A DNA stretch of 63,806 nucleotides, filler included, from Octopus bimaculoides (lineage: Eukaryota): the NCBI RefSeq assembly GCF_001194135.2. It is 5 parts of 5 records of this genome, joined end to end, with 100 filler letters (N's around TTAATTAATTAA, not from the genome) between each part and the next. Parts side by side here need not be neighbours in the genome. Positions count along the whole stretch, not along the records: positions 1 to 29,491 come from NC_069006.1; 4 more parts are not named here. One strand, written 5' to 3'. How positions within the stretch are numbered: the first letter of the stretch is position 1; every line of letters starts with the position of its first letter. The notes under the pieces were generated by a model. It searched no databases. It was not told the origin of the DNA and saw only the letters and a list, made by a program, of their open reading frames with translations. Below, piece by piece: positions 12,241-25,400 of this stretch. The position numbers were made by a program, and so were the translations under genes.

Positions 12241-12885
12241 NNNNNNNNNNNNNNNNNNNNNNNNNNNNNNNNNNNNNNNNNNNNNNNNNNNNNNNNNNNN
12301 NNNNNNNNNNNNNNNNNNNNNNNNNNNNNNNNNNNNNNNNNNNNNNNNNNNNNNNNNNNNNNNNNNNNNNNNNNNNNNNNNNNNNNNNNNNNNNNNNNNN
12401 NNNNNNNNNNNNNNNNNNNNNNNNNNNNNNNNNNNNNNNNNNNNNNNNNNNNNNNNNNNNNNNNNNNNNNNNNNNNNNNNNNNNNNNNNNNNNNNNNNNN
12501 NNNNNNNNNNNNNNNNNNNNNNNNNNNNNNNNNNNNNNNNNNNNNNNNNNNNNNNNNNNNNNNNNNNNNNNNNNNNNNNNNNNNNNNNNNNNNNNNNNNN
12601 NNNNNNNNNNNNNNNNNNNNNNNNNNNNNNNNNNNNNNNNNNNNNNNNNNNNNNNNNNNNNNNNNNNNNNNNNNNNNNNNNNNNNNNNNNNNNNNNNNNN
12701 NNNNNNNNNNNNNNNNNNNNNNNNNNNNNNNNNNGGATGGTGTGGAAGGGGGCGGGGCAGGATGGAGGTACAGAGCAAAAGGATGGAGACGGTGGAGGAA
12801 CCGAATAACGTTTTCTCATCAATATAAACAAACACATACACACGCACATATATGCACATGCATATATACATGCATACACATGTGT

Positions 12886-12929
<44 letters not shown>

Positions 12930-12933
<4 letters not shown>

Positions 12934-13015
12934 TGGCCTAGTGGTTAGGGTGCTTCACTTATGATCGCTAGATCGTGGGTTTCTCCTTCTGACACGGGCG
13001 GCGTTTCGGCAGTTC
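12930..13015 (+). mobile_element. SINE family C tRNA-like head fragment
   Basis: A-box-like GTGGCCTAGTGGTTAGG followed by a degraded tRNA-like body; related reverse copies at ~24.4-24.7 kb and ~28.5 kb. Confidence 0.55.
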
Positions 13016-13590
13016 AATGATTGAAACCTGTAAAACCTTTTTTAGAAGCCTATAGTATTTTATAACTGAGGAATTTTCTCTGTGAACCGTTTAACACAAG
13101 CACAATGGCATTGGTTGCTTCAGCTGACTTCGGCTGGATTTGAGCTCGGATCATAAAGAGCGGGCGGAAATACCTCCAGACGTTTTGTCCGCCGCTCTAA
13201 TGATTCTGCCAAGCCACACACATCGCCCGTTTACTATCGTAATATAAATGTCAGAATGATGGATATTAAGTGTTGATGTTGTACGTGTGTGTGTGTGTGT
13301 ATGCGCGCGCGCACTTACGTCTCCCGCCGTAAATCAACCCAGGTAGGCTGTTTCATCTTTCCTTGTATTATTTACACCTGGCTCTTCATTGCTGTAATGA
13401 ATCACACACACACACACACATACATTTATATATGTATATATATATGTATATATGCATGTGTATATATATCTATAGACATACAGGTGTATATATGAGTGTG
13501 TGTATATATTTGAATATGTGTTCATGTGTACGTATGTGCGTTTATATGTACATATGTCTGTATTTGTATAAATGTGTATATTTGTATGGA

Positions 13591-13628
<38 letters not shown>

Positions 13629-14199
13629 TATATATCTATCTGTCATATATATATATAATGTGCGCTGACGAGAAGATACTTAACTCCTCGTTCATCTTTC
13701 GTTGGCAACGAAATCTGCCACGGCAACCAGCATGTGGAAATTAATAACAAAAATAGAGAAGAAGGAAAAAAATGGCGGTACCGGTAGTGGTAGCAGCGTT
13801 AGTTAACAGAGAAAGGAATATCTGATCAAGCAGAAAAGGGATATATATATATATATTTCATTGATAGTTATTAGTGTTTAGAAGCGAGGTTACAGCGCCC
13901 TCTGTAGCAGAGAGCAATGAAAGAAGTTAGACAGAAAGGATGGATGAAAGAGAAAAGATAGATATTTTGAAATGGCAAATGAAAGCGGAAATTAAAATAT
14001 AAATATAGAAATGCAGGTGTTGGCACAGCAATGCACCAGTTCTAGCATTCGATCCTCAGAAAAGGAGAGGAGGGGGAAAAGACCAAGTTTGTTATCTTCA
14101 GTTCGGCTTTTGTGCCAATCTTCTCTTAAGGTTGGGTAATAAGCAAAAGAGTGGAATCGTAAATACAAGCACCCGAAATTGGGTTCCTCTGAAGGACCT

Positions 14200-14545
14200 C
14201 TGGAGTAAAGTGACTCGATGAGATGCGTAGTTCGAAGATCAGGAAGTATTTTTCGAGTCGAACTGCTCTTTCTTTGCATTTGAAAAGTCGCAGAACCGGT
14301 TCTTGCGGACGTGTTATTAGAATGGCACAGGAAATAATCACAAAGCGGATTCTTCGTGCGGAGCCAACTGGCGGGAGACCTAGGGGTAGACCAAGAATAA
14401 GATGTTTGGATAGTATCTAGAATCTTAGTTGGTGAAGGTTGGGAACCGAAGCGGAGAAATGTGATGGCGGTTGCTTTTGATAGGACCCTGTGGAGGAGGC
14501 GCTTGGGGCAATCTACCCATCACAAACCTCCCAGGAAGTGTGAGT
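14200..14545 (+). mobile_element. RTE-clade LINE ORF2 3' fragment
   Basis: HLKSRRTGSCGRVIRMAQEIITKRILRAEPTGGRPRGRPRIRCLDSI*...VAFDRTLWRR matches the RTE C-terminal signature (W/Y)xGHVxRM...PxGxRPRGRP..W.D...DR..WR; stops present. Confidence 0.8.
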
Positions 14546-16354
14546 TGAGAAGATGGGAGGGTGGATGGGTGATTAAAGTGAAGATAAAGATGAAAGTTGA
14601 GGTGGCGAAAGACGGAGACTTGGCGAATTGAAAAATATCTTCAAGACGAGTAAAAGTGTGTGTTATCTCGGCTCATTTGCATTTCACTTTTGCAAGTTGT
14701 CTACACCATAAATGTTTTCGTATATGTTCAAGAGTCATTTGTGCAGGAAATAAGGTAGGACAACTGCTGTGATGATAACGTCTATTGGGGCAGAAACACA
14801 TTTACAGAATTCCTCTTGTATCCGGACAGCAGACTGCTTTTTTTTTTTGTTCTTTTCTTAATGCATGTCAATTTTGGAGATTGTCTCTTTTTTTCATCCG
14901 GAATTGGTACCACTTGCCACAAAGCTATTGGTCTATTCTTTCTAGAAGCCCAGATAATTTAAGTAAATCAAAAGACTATCCTGTATGGCATTCAGTATAC
15001 CCTTATTCGTCTTTATTCTTCAAATATATTCCACTGAGTTGTTTCTGCTCCATCGGCCCATGAGTACAGCAGTTGGCCTACCTTGTCTCTTGTAGAACGG
15101 TGTGCCTTTGTATGTATATATGTGTATGGAATGCTTATGTTTGTTTTCAAGCGAACTCGCTCAACTTTTATTTCTTCCTATGAAGACTTTTCGTAGAGGT
15201 CAACACGATTCGAGCTGGACTAACATTAAATAACAACAAAAACAATTGCAGCAGCAGCAGCATCATTAACAATAAAAAACCAGACACACACACACACTTA
15301 CGCGCCAGTGTTTTTGTTGATATGCCATCTGACGAGCACATCAAGCGTGAGAGATTTCAAGACAGGGAACAAGCAGCCTACTTTGATAGTCCGTGTGTGA
15401 GAGAGATAGAGAGAGGTAATTATATTAATGAAAAATAAGGGGGAAAAACCTTCCAATTATTTCACTTCTACAACTTTAGCGCTGTGCTGCAAATGTCGAA
15501 TGACAATTGTATTTTAGTTTAGTTTTGCAAAACATTACATGTCTACCTACAAACCCTAACATAGTCTCTGTCTCTGTTTGTTCTCTTTCTTGAGATGCTT
15601 TTAGTTACTAATAATCAATGATATTTTTTTTTAAAATAAGGTAAAAGTCGATAACTAAAAATATGGCGCCCATGCAACGTGTACGAACGAGAAAGAGAGA
15701 AACAGAATGAGATGGGATGAAGAGAAAAAGAGAACGAGGATGCGATTAAATGTTTGTTGTGTTGTAATAAACGCGTTAAACTAAGCTAGAAAGCCTACAG
15801 GGACCGGATTAGGGAGTTAGCTAAGCGGAAATTGACGGGGACAATTATAAACAGATGATGGGGTACGTTTGAACTGGAAAACAGAGAATCGGTGAGGTAC
15901 GGTAAAAAAAAAGTAGGGGTAGATTAGTATTAGACGGGGGAAAAGGGAGTTAATGCTTTCTAATTTTGGCACAAGGCCTGCAATTTTGAGGGTAGGGAGA
16001 AAGTCAATATAATCGATCCATGTATTCGGCTGGTACAATATTTCACAAAAACACGCAGAAGATGATGTACCCCCTCACATCTTTCCCAACTACACCTACC
16101 ACTACATCCCGCTCCCGCACTCCCCTTCCAAACCCCCGTCACCACCACCATCATCACCTTCTCCGCCACCGCCACAGAACTATTATACAGCAACAGAAAA
16201 GGATTAAAGGAGATTACGTCAAGAAGCAAAGCAGATTAGTGACTTAGGCTGTAATTAATGGGAGTTACTTACTTTTAACTTGTAGCCAACACCACCAGGT
16301 ATGACGAGAGGGATAACAGGATGACGATAGCTATAATCTGTGAGTGCACACGTG

Positions 16355-16404
<50 letters not shown>

Positions 16405-16569
16405 GTATATATATATATGTGTGTGTGTTTAATATATACCCTCACCGGGTGTACAATTAGGGGAGAGAAAGAGGACCCAGATTTATTTTATCTGTCCGAT
16501 CGAAAATTGATTATCAGAGGAACTCAGGGTAAGCGACGGACAAAGGAGTGAAAAATCGTGAATTTCGAA

Positions 16570-16614
<45 letters not shown>

Positions 16615-17653
16615 NNNNNNNNNNNNNNNNNNNNNNNNNNNNNNNNNNNNNNNNNNNNNNNNNNNNNNNNNNNNNNNNNNNNNNNNNNNNNNNNNNNNNN
16701 NNNNNNNNNNNNNNNNNNNNNNNNNNNNNNNNNNNNNNNNNNNNNNNNNNNNNNNNNNNNNNNNNNNNNNNNNNNNNNNNNNNNNNNNNNNNNNNNNNNN
16801 NNNNNNNNNNNNNNNNNNNNNNNNNNNNNNNNNGTATTTCTGTGTCCGTCCGAGGCGACTCGGATGTTTCCTCTTGCGACAGTTTTTTTTTTTTTAAAGT
16901 TGTTAGTAAAGAACGCATATTTCGAAAATGAATGGAATATTGAAAGTTGTTGACATAACATATTTCTTGACTGCTGACAGAACGCAGTTGTTGTTGGTGA
17001 TGATGATGATGGTGGTGGTAGTGTTGTTGTTGGTGGTGGTTGTTGTAATGATGATGGTGGCGGTGGTGGTTGTAAAGCAAGGGTATATGCAGCCAGGTTC
17101 AAGGCCAAGCCCCGGGAGGAAGTTGGGGGCGGGGATGACACGAAATCGATTTCAGATTATCGCCTTTGTAGGAGACGGGAGGATCTAACTTGCAGAAGAA
17201 ACGTGACGGACAGACAGACAGACAGACTGACTGACAGACCGCCTGATAAACAGGAACAGAGACACAAAGACAAATACATACATACACACACACACACACA
17301 TAAGGTTTCACTATATATTGACTATAGGAAATAGTCTAATATTTGGGGATATGAACCAGCGACGAAAATACTGGTGTTACACTATTTCCTATAGTCGATA
17401 CATACGGTGAAAAGTTATATTTACAAAATTTTCGTCACCGTTTCTTAACTTACGCAGAATACGCCCCACCCCCACCACCACACGTGTGTGTGTTTTATAT
17501 ACGTATGCATGTATATATGTATGTATGTATGTATGGATGGATGGATGGATGTTGTGGCTGAAGAATGCCTAAACGGCGTTCTGAACACATTCTTAAAACA
17601 GCTGATAAACAGGTGATTTTCATTTGACAGGTATGTTACTAATACCAGAATAA

Positions 17654-17684
<31 letters not shown>

Positions 17685-18778
17685 NNNNNNNNNNNNNNNN
17701 NNNNNNNNNNNNNNNNNNNNNNNNNNNNNNNNNNNNNNNNNNNNNNNNNNNNNNNNNNNNNNNNNNNNNNNNNNNNNNNNNNNNNNNNNNNNNNNNNNNN
17801 NNNNNNNNNNNNNNNNNNNNNNNNNNNNNNNNNNNNNNNNNNNNNNNNNNNNNNNNNNNNNNNNNNNNNNNNNNNNNNNNNNNNNNNNNNNNNNNNNNNN
17901 NNNNNNNNNNNNNNNNNNNNNNNNNNNNNNNNNNNNNNNNNNNNNNNNNNNNNNNNNNNNNNNNNNNNNNNNNNNNNNNNNNNNNNNNNNNNNNNNNNNN
18001 NNNNNNNNNNNNNNNNNNNNNNNNNNNNNNNNNNNNNNNNNNNNNNNNNNNNNNNNNNNNNNNNNNNNNNNNNNNNNNNNNNNNNNNNNNNNNNNNNNNN
18101 NNNNNNNNNNNNNNNNNNNNNNNNNNNNNNNNNNNNNNNNNNNNNNNNNNNNNNNNNNNNNNNNNNNNNNNNNNNNNNNNNNNNNNNNNNNNNNNNNNNN
18201 NNNNNNNNNNNNNNNNNNNNNNNNNNNNNNNNNNNNNNNNNNNNNNNNNNNNNNNNNNNNNNNNNNNNNNNNNNNNNNNNNNNNNNNNNNNNNNNNNNNN
18301 NNNNNNNNNNNNNNNNNNNNNNNNNNNNNNNNNNNNNNNNNNNNNNNNNNNNNNNNNNNNNNNNNNNNNNNNNNNNNNNNNNNNNNNNNNNNNNNNNNNN
18401 NNNNNNNNNNNNNNNNNNNNNNNNNNNNNNNNNNNNNNNNNNNNNNNNNNNNNNNNNNNNNNNNNNNNNNNNNNNNNNNNNNNNNNNNNNNNNNNNNNNN
18501 NNNNNNNNNNNNNNNNNNNNNNNNNNNNNNNNNNNNNNNNNNNNNNNNNNNNNNNNNNNNNNNNNNNNNNNNNNNNNNNNNNNNNNNNNNNNNNNNNNNN
18601 NNNNNNNNNNNNNNNNNNNNNNNNNNNNNNNNNNNGTGCGTGCGCGCGCGCATGTTCTCTTAAAGATTCTCATCAAAGTTGGAGGAGCGAAATCTTACCT
18701 TCGTTCACAGCACCGACTCCAGGTTATTATAATTGTGAGCCTGGCTGTGGCAGTCAATACACGAAACCCGATTATGCT

Positions 18779-18814
<36 letters not shown>

Positions 18815-19288
18815 CGTCGTCTGTTTATTTAATGTTCGTCTGAATGCAGCACCTACGGATGTATATATGTCTGTCTGTCTGTTTAAAGGTAGGTTGGTGT
18901 TGATGATGGCAGCATTAATGTTATTGCTGCTGCTGTTGTTGCTGCTGTACACCCCGTGGGTGGACACTTCGAGTGTGGATATACATACAAGTGTCTATAT
19001 GTGTGTACGTATGTGTATGTGTGTATCTATATGTGTATGTGTGTGCGTATAGATGTATAAGTACATATACGTATGTGTGTATGTATGTGTGTGTATATAT
19101 ATATGTAAATATGTGTGCATGTATCTATATGTGTGTATATGTATGTGTGCGTATGTATGTGTATATATACATGTATATATATGTCTATGTATATATATGT
19201 GTGTGTGTGTATATTTGTGTGTATATATGTGTGTGTGTGTGTGTGTGTGCATATGTATGTATAAGTACATATGTTTGTGTATGTATGC

Positions 19289-19399
<111 letters not shown>

Positions 19400-20250
19400 N
19401 NNNNNNNNNNNNNNNNNNNNNNNNNNNNNNNNNNNNNNNNNNNNNNNNNNNNNNNNNNNNNNNNNNNNNNNNNNNNNNNNNNNNNNNNNNNNNNNNNNNN
19501 NNNNNNNNNNNNNNNNNNNNNNNNNNNNNNNNNNNNNNNNNNNNNNNNNNNNNNNNNNNNNNNNNNNNNNNNNNNNNNNNNNNNNNNNNNNNNNNNNNNN
19601 NNNNNNNNNNNNNNNNNNNNNNNNNNNNNNNNNNNNNNNNNNNNNNNNNNNNNNNNNNNNNNNNNNNNNNNNNNNNNNNNNNNNNNNNNNNNNNNNNNNN
19701 NNNNNNNNNNNNNNNNNNNNNNNNNNNNNNNNNNNNNNNNNNNNNNNNNNNNNNNNNNNNNNNNNNNNNNNNNNNNNNNNNNNNNNNNNNNNNNNNNNNN
19801 NNNNNNNNNNNNNNNNNNNNNNNNNNNNNNNNNNNNNNNNNNNNNNNNNNNNNNNNNNNNNNNNNNNNNNNNNNNNNNNNNNNNNNNNNNNNNNNNNNNN
19901 NNNNNNNNNNNNNNNNNNNNNNNNNNNNNNNNNNNNNNNNNNNNNNNNNNNNNNNNNNNNNNNNNNNNNNNNNNNNNNNNNNNNNNNNNNNNNNNNNNNN
20001 NNNNNNNNNNNNNNNNNNNNNNNNNNNNNNNNNNNNNNNNNNNNNNNNNNNNNNNNNNNNNNNNNNNNNNNNNNNNNNNNNNNNNNNNNNNNNNNNNNNN
20101 NNNNNNNNNNNNNNNNNNNNNNNNNNNNNNNNNNNNNNNNNNNNNNNNNNNNNNNNNNNNNNNNNNNNNNNNNNNNNNNNNNNNNNNNNNNNNNNNNNNN
20201 NNNNNNNNNNNNNNNNNNNNNNNNNNNNNNNNNNNNNNNNNNNNNNNNNN

Positions 20251-20289
<39 letters not shown>

Positions 20290-20305
20290 ACACACATATA
20301 TATAC

Positions 20306-20341
<36 letters not shown>

Positions 20342-21164
20342 ATGATTCCTGCGTTGGCACTTTTAGTGCCAACTCGTGAACCTCTCGTGAGATATAAACA
20401 GTATCGAGCTCACATACATAATGGTATATGTTTTACTAGTTCGTGGGTAGGCTGTGCTTATAGGCGTAAGAGAATTGATAAGAATTTACTCTCTTACATC
20501 CACAAGCGCAGCTTGCCCACGAACAAACAAAACGCATACCTTGTGTATGCGTGTTCGATACTGTTTTATATATATATATATGTGTATATATGCGTATACG
20601 TATGCGAGAGATGGGGGGAGGGGGATAATTGCCACCACGCAAGTTAAACCCCGCTACTTTATTAATTAAATACTTACCGACTCACCTCCAACCTGTGTGA
20701 CAGTTCTTGCAGCCGTTCTCTCACTTTGTTTTCACAACAGCCCCTATCTTTAGCCCTTTCCTACACAAAGCCCCTACTCATATAGGATTATTACCCCTTC
20801 CACAATCCCCTCTACCCCCGCTTCTTTCTCTGCTTGTTTATCTATCCTCCACCCCACCAACTTTACGTTTCCACTTCGACACACAGATTTGTCTCCTCCC
20901 ACTTCACTTCTTCCCCCNNNNNNNNNNNNNNNNNNNNNNNNNNNNNNNNNNNNNNNNNNNNNNNCCTCCTCCTCCTCCTCCTCCCATTCCTGTTGTGTTT
21001 AGTTAATCTCTCAAAGGCAGGTTACTCCAATCCCCACTCGCTCTCCGCCTTCGCCTACCTCATCTCTTCCTCACATGGAAAGCATCAAGACGGCGATGGG
21101 GCCTCTATGTGGTTACTAAACATACTAGAAATAGCAACCGAGTCTCTTAAATCACACTCATAGA

Positions 21165-21460
21165 CGCATGAGTGGCTTTGCGGTAAGAAACTTGCTTACC
21201 AACCACATGGTTCCGGGTTCAGTCCCACTGCATGGCACCTTGGGCAAATGTCTTCTGCTATAGCCTCGGGCTGACAAAAGCCTTGTAAGTGGATTTGGGT
21301 GACGGAAACTGAAAGAAGCCCGTCGTTTATATATATATATATATATTTACATATGTGTTTGTGCTTGTCCACCCACCACCGCTTGACAACTAGTGTTGGT
21401 ATATTTACGTTCTCGTAACATAGCGGTTCGGCAAACCAGACCGATAGAATAAGTACCGTC
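21165..21460 (+). mobile_element. SINE family B with internal (TA)n
   Basis: GAGTGGCTTTGCGGTAAG...GGTTCAGTCCCACTGCATGGCACCTTGGGCAAATGTCTTC...GAAAGAAGCCCGTCG-(TA)n-...CCGCTTGACAAC...GGTTCGGCAAA...AATAAGTACC. Confidence 0.85.
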
Positions 21461-21789
21461 CTACAATCTGTGCAGAAGTTGCATCCTCAGCTCATAACTT
21501 CACAACATCAGCCAAAATATAGCGAGCCTTCCTTGCAGAAACTGTTGGCATCAGACGGGCCCTTCTGATCAGTAGAAAGCACTCCTTGTACAAGAAGCGA
21601 ATGTCTGGACGTTCCAATCTAGTTAAATGACAACCGGGGTGAGGAGATGTAAATGTCCATCACTTCTGCCCGACCAGTTAGGAAAAAGCTTCCTCGAAAA
21701 GTATTGATGATGACCACTTTAATGTGGCTGTCCTCTAAGAGACGATGATAGCGCCCTCGCGATTCCGTCAGCTCGATATCTGGGTACGC

Positions 21790-21940
21790 GGCCTGAAATC
21801 TGGTACTTTATTTTTGTTGACCACAGCGGAAGGGTGAAAAGCAAAGTTTACCCCGGTTAGATTTGAACTCGGAACGTAAACAGCCGTAACTAATTGCTGC
21901 AAGGCATTTTATTGAATGCTCCAACGATTTTGCCAATCCA
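21790..21940 (-). mobile_element. Degenerate SINE family A
   Basis: GGTGAAAAGCAAAGTTTACCCCGGTTAGATTTGAACTCGGAACGTAAA...AACGATTTTGCCA is the diverged reverse complement of family A. Confidence 0.6.
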
Positions 21941-22577
21941 CGGACGAAAAGCGGAATTGGTGTAACTGACTGAACTTATCCCAACACATCTCAGTTATTT
22001 ATATTTATTCAATCAAGCCATTACCACCACCACCACCACCAGATCCGTAGAGAAATTTGCAATAGTTCTTTTATTCCTCCATATTTTTCTCCCGTTTGTT
22101 AAATTGCTTATTCGTTTATTTCTCCATCTTAATGCGGTCCATCGTTTGTTTATCTGATGTCGGCTGCTAACTAACACGCCCTTCCACTGCTCTGATTTAC
22201 ACAGTTTACAGTTAATATAACAACTGCTTCTATTTGATCGTTGAAGCTATAAATATGCCAAGAGGTGTTAGTTACAATACTAACAAGACAATTCTTTCTT
22301 CAATGAACGTGCACCAGACACAAACTTAACCTACGATTTTGTTATCGTTCGGAAGTTGTATCGTTGTTTTTGCTTTTGTTTTCCAAGGAAACCTCACATC
22401 TTTTTTTGTTGTTGATTATATTTGTCTCACAAAACCAACTTATCAGATATTTCCAACTATATTAGAACGAAATATTCTTTCGATTTGTTATTGTTAAAAA
22501 TAGATTTATTTATTAATTCGTTTTTTTTTCTCTCGTTCGGCTAACATTTGTCTTTCCTGTTTTTAACAACCCACAAC

Positions 22578-22800
22578 GGAGTATTTCTTACCAACAAAAG
22601 TTTCTCTTACCAACGAGAGAGTCTTTCCAATCAACGAGGGATTGTTTCCCAGCAACAAGAGTCTCTTATCAGCAAGGGAGTCTTTTCCGTCAACATGGGA
22701 GTCTCTCCCACCAAACGCGAGAGACTGCCTCACTGACAAGAGGGTCTCTCCTATCAGCAAGAGAGTCTCTCCTATCAGCAAGAGAGTCTCTCTCCCACGA
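22578..22800. repeat. ~21-bp degenerate minisatellite (consensus GTCTCTCCTATCAGCAAGAGA), about 10 units
   Basis: Two perfect units at 22744-22785; progressively more diverged units toward 22578. Confidence 0.8.
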
Positions 22801-23089
22801 ACCCTCGAGTACACACGAAGGCCGTGCCGAGCGGAGCACTGTCATGGATGGCTATTCGCGTAATAATGTCTGTGGGGGTAGTTGGTTCCATTCACAGTTC
22901 TTCCGTTTCATGGCAATAATACATTCTTTATCACTGGAATACATACATCTGGGACTGTGGAGTTAGAAGGAAGATGGCGCGGGGCCTGGGTGGCCGGGTG
23001 GATGAGGGGAGGGCAGAATAAAGACAGGAAGAGATTGTGTGAAAAAATGAATGGGTGCAAAATTAAAAATGAAAAATAACATATACATA

Positions 23090-23159
<70 letters not shown>

Positions 23160-24339
23160 NNNNNNNNNNNNNNNNNNNNNNNNNNNNNNNNNNNNNNNNN
23201 NNNNNNNNNNNNNNNNNNNNNNNNNNNNNNNNNNNNNNNNNNNNNNNNNNNNNNNNNNNNNNNNNNNNNNNNNNNNNNNNNNNNNNNNNNNNNNNNNNNN
23301 NNNNNNNNNNNNNNNNNNNNNNNNNNNNNNNNNNNNNNNNNNNNNNNNNNNNNNNNNNNNNNNNNNNNNNNNNNNNNNNNNNNNNNNNNNNNNNNNNNNN
23401 NNNNNNNNNNNNNNNNNNNNNNNNNNNNNNNNNNNNNNNNNNNNNNNNNNNNNNNNNNNNNNNNNNNNNNNNNNNNNNNNNNNNNNNNNNNNNNNNNNNN
23501 NNNNNNNNNNNNNNNNNNNNNNNNNNNNNNNNNNNNNNNNNNNNNNNNNNNNNNNNNNNNNNNNNNNNNNNNNNNNNNNNNNNNNNNNNNNNNNNNNNNN
23601 NNNNNNNNNNNNNNNNNNNNNNNNNNNNNNNNNNNNNNNNNNNNNNNNNNNNNNNNNNNNNNNNNNNNNNNNNNNNNNNNNNNNNNNNNNNNNNNNNNNN
23701 NNNNNNNNNNNNNNNNNNNNNNNNNNNNNNNNNNNNNNNNNNNNNNNNNNNNNNNNNNNNNNNNNNNNNNNNNNNNNNNNNNNNNNNNNNNNNNNNNNNN
23801 NNNNNNNNNNNNNNNNNNNNNNNNNNNNNNNNNNNNNNNNNNNNNNNNNNNNNNNNNNNNNNNNNNNNNNNNNNNNNNNNNNNNNNNNNNTATATATATA
23901 TATATATATATATATTTATGTGTGTGTGTATATGTGTGCATATGTCTGTGTTTGTCTCCCCACCATCGCTTGACAACCTTGTAGTATGCTGTACAAAGCT
24001 CGTCCATAGTTATTGGCTTCCTGGTGGAAATACTGTTGCTACTGGATGTACATTAGGAATCCCCCCCACAAAAAATGAAGTAGACTGGCATATCAAATTT
24101 TGAACCCGTTGAAGGTACACAAGATACCGAAATATCGTTCAACAAATTTAATTATGGGACTCTTTTTCTTTATTGGCGATCGGTCAACTCATATGGCGAT
24201 CAGTCGACTTACAACACCGCTCTTCGTCTTGGTAGAGTGTGTTTGCTAACTTGACAACAAGATCAAGATGAGCTCTGATTGGCTGTATGCAAATGAGTTC
24301 ATTACTGGGGTCAAGAACTCGCGTAGGAAAACAAATTTC

Positions 24340-24665
24340 GCGAGCGGGAAGGGCTACTCGACCTGAAGGAAATTCTAATTGGGGCCCACCTGCAAGATTA
24401 TGCACTGTTCAATGGAACAGCCTGCTTGTGAAATTAACGTGCAAGTGGCTGAGTACACCACAGACACTCGTGCTCTTAACGTAGTTCTCAGGGAGATTCA
24501 GCTTGACACAGAGTGTGACAAGGCTGGCCCTTTGAAATACAGGTACAACTCATTTTTGCCTGCTGAGTGGAGTGCAGTAACGTGCTCAAGAACACAACAT
24601 GCCGTGAGGTAACGAACTCACGACTTCGTGAACCAAACACCCGAACCACTAAACTATGCGCCTTC
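24340..24665 (-). mobile_element. Fragment of the (TTA)n-flanked repeat joined to SINE family C
   Basis: 24340-24410 is the reverse complement of the TTGCAGGTGGGGCCCAGTTAGAATTTTC...GAGTAGCCC segment seen at 28.4 and 54.5 kb. It is followed by family C body and a reversed tRNA-like head (GAACTCACGAC...AACCACTAA). Confidence 0.7.
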
Positions 24666-25202
24666 ACGGAGAAAAGTCTAACTTGATGGTGAATAGCTTT
24701 TCTTAAAGACTGATGTCTTCCCTGTTTGGGGAAAGTTAAACTTTTTACGGGGAGAGATGAAGGGAAAACAGGTTTTTGTGTTAAATAAACCAGCTTCCTA
24801 TACGAACGATGGAGGTGTCTCTCATCTGTTTAAACTTTATGAAATTTGAGTTAAGAACCAGTCTTATGGTTTCTGATGGTTGGAAAAGCCAGGAATGGAA
24901 GGAATTTTAAACGAAATAAGAAAAGGGGAGAAAAAAGAAAAGAAAAAGAAGGGAAGAAAAAGAGAATAAAAAAGTAAAAGTGAAGGACTGATATTTATAT
25001 GCACACAAATATATATACATATATATATGTATATATATATATATATGCATGTATGTATGTATGTATACTGAAAAAATAAAATTAGTTTTTACTAATTGAA
25101 ATTACGTCCGGACTCGCGTGAAGGCGCTGGTTAATAATTATTAAAGAAGTAGAACTGGCAGAAACCCTTTCTGTTCCTCAATCTCTGTGTGTGTATTATA
25201 TG

Positions 25203-25400
25203 CGAAAGGGTGCTGAGAAGTTCCTGGCTTTGGATAAAAGAAAATTCAATAGGGTCAGTTAATTATGATTTTATTCAACATGTTCCCCTCTCAGATTCAC
25301 ACACTTATTGCAGGGGTCCTTCAGTTTTTCTAAGCTCTGTAAAAGAACTCGGAATGTTGGGCCTCCAACCAGGCATCCAGGTACTTTTCAGCACCCCTTC
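25203..25400. mobile_element. Mariner-type non-autonomous element (MITE)
   Basis: TIRs AAAGGGTGCTGAGAAGTTCCTGG (25205-25227) and CCAGGTACTTTTCAGCACCCCTT (25377-25399), 20/23 inverted match; mariner-like GGGGTGCTGAAAAGT terminus. Confidence 0.8.

Noticed and set aside
12930-13015. tRNA gene-like A/B boxes here and in SINE heads
   Set aside because: No complete cloverleaf; the boxes are attached to repeated SINE bodies.
13663-13716. CTGACGA...GAAA hammerhead-like core (also other CTGATGA hits at 927, 35056 and 52446)
   Set aside because: Stems I-III cannot be formed around the core.
16524-17188. P/S/T- and H/Q-rich minus-strand ORFs
   Set aside because: Built from CAC/CAT/CAA triplet runs and extended through a gap; no supporting exon boundaries.
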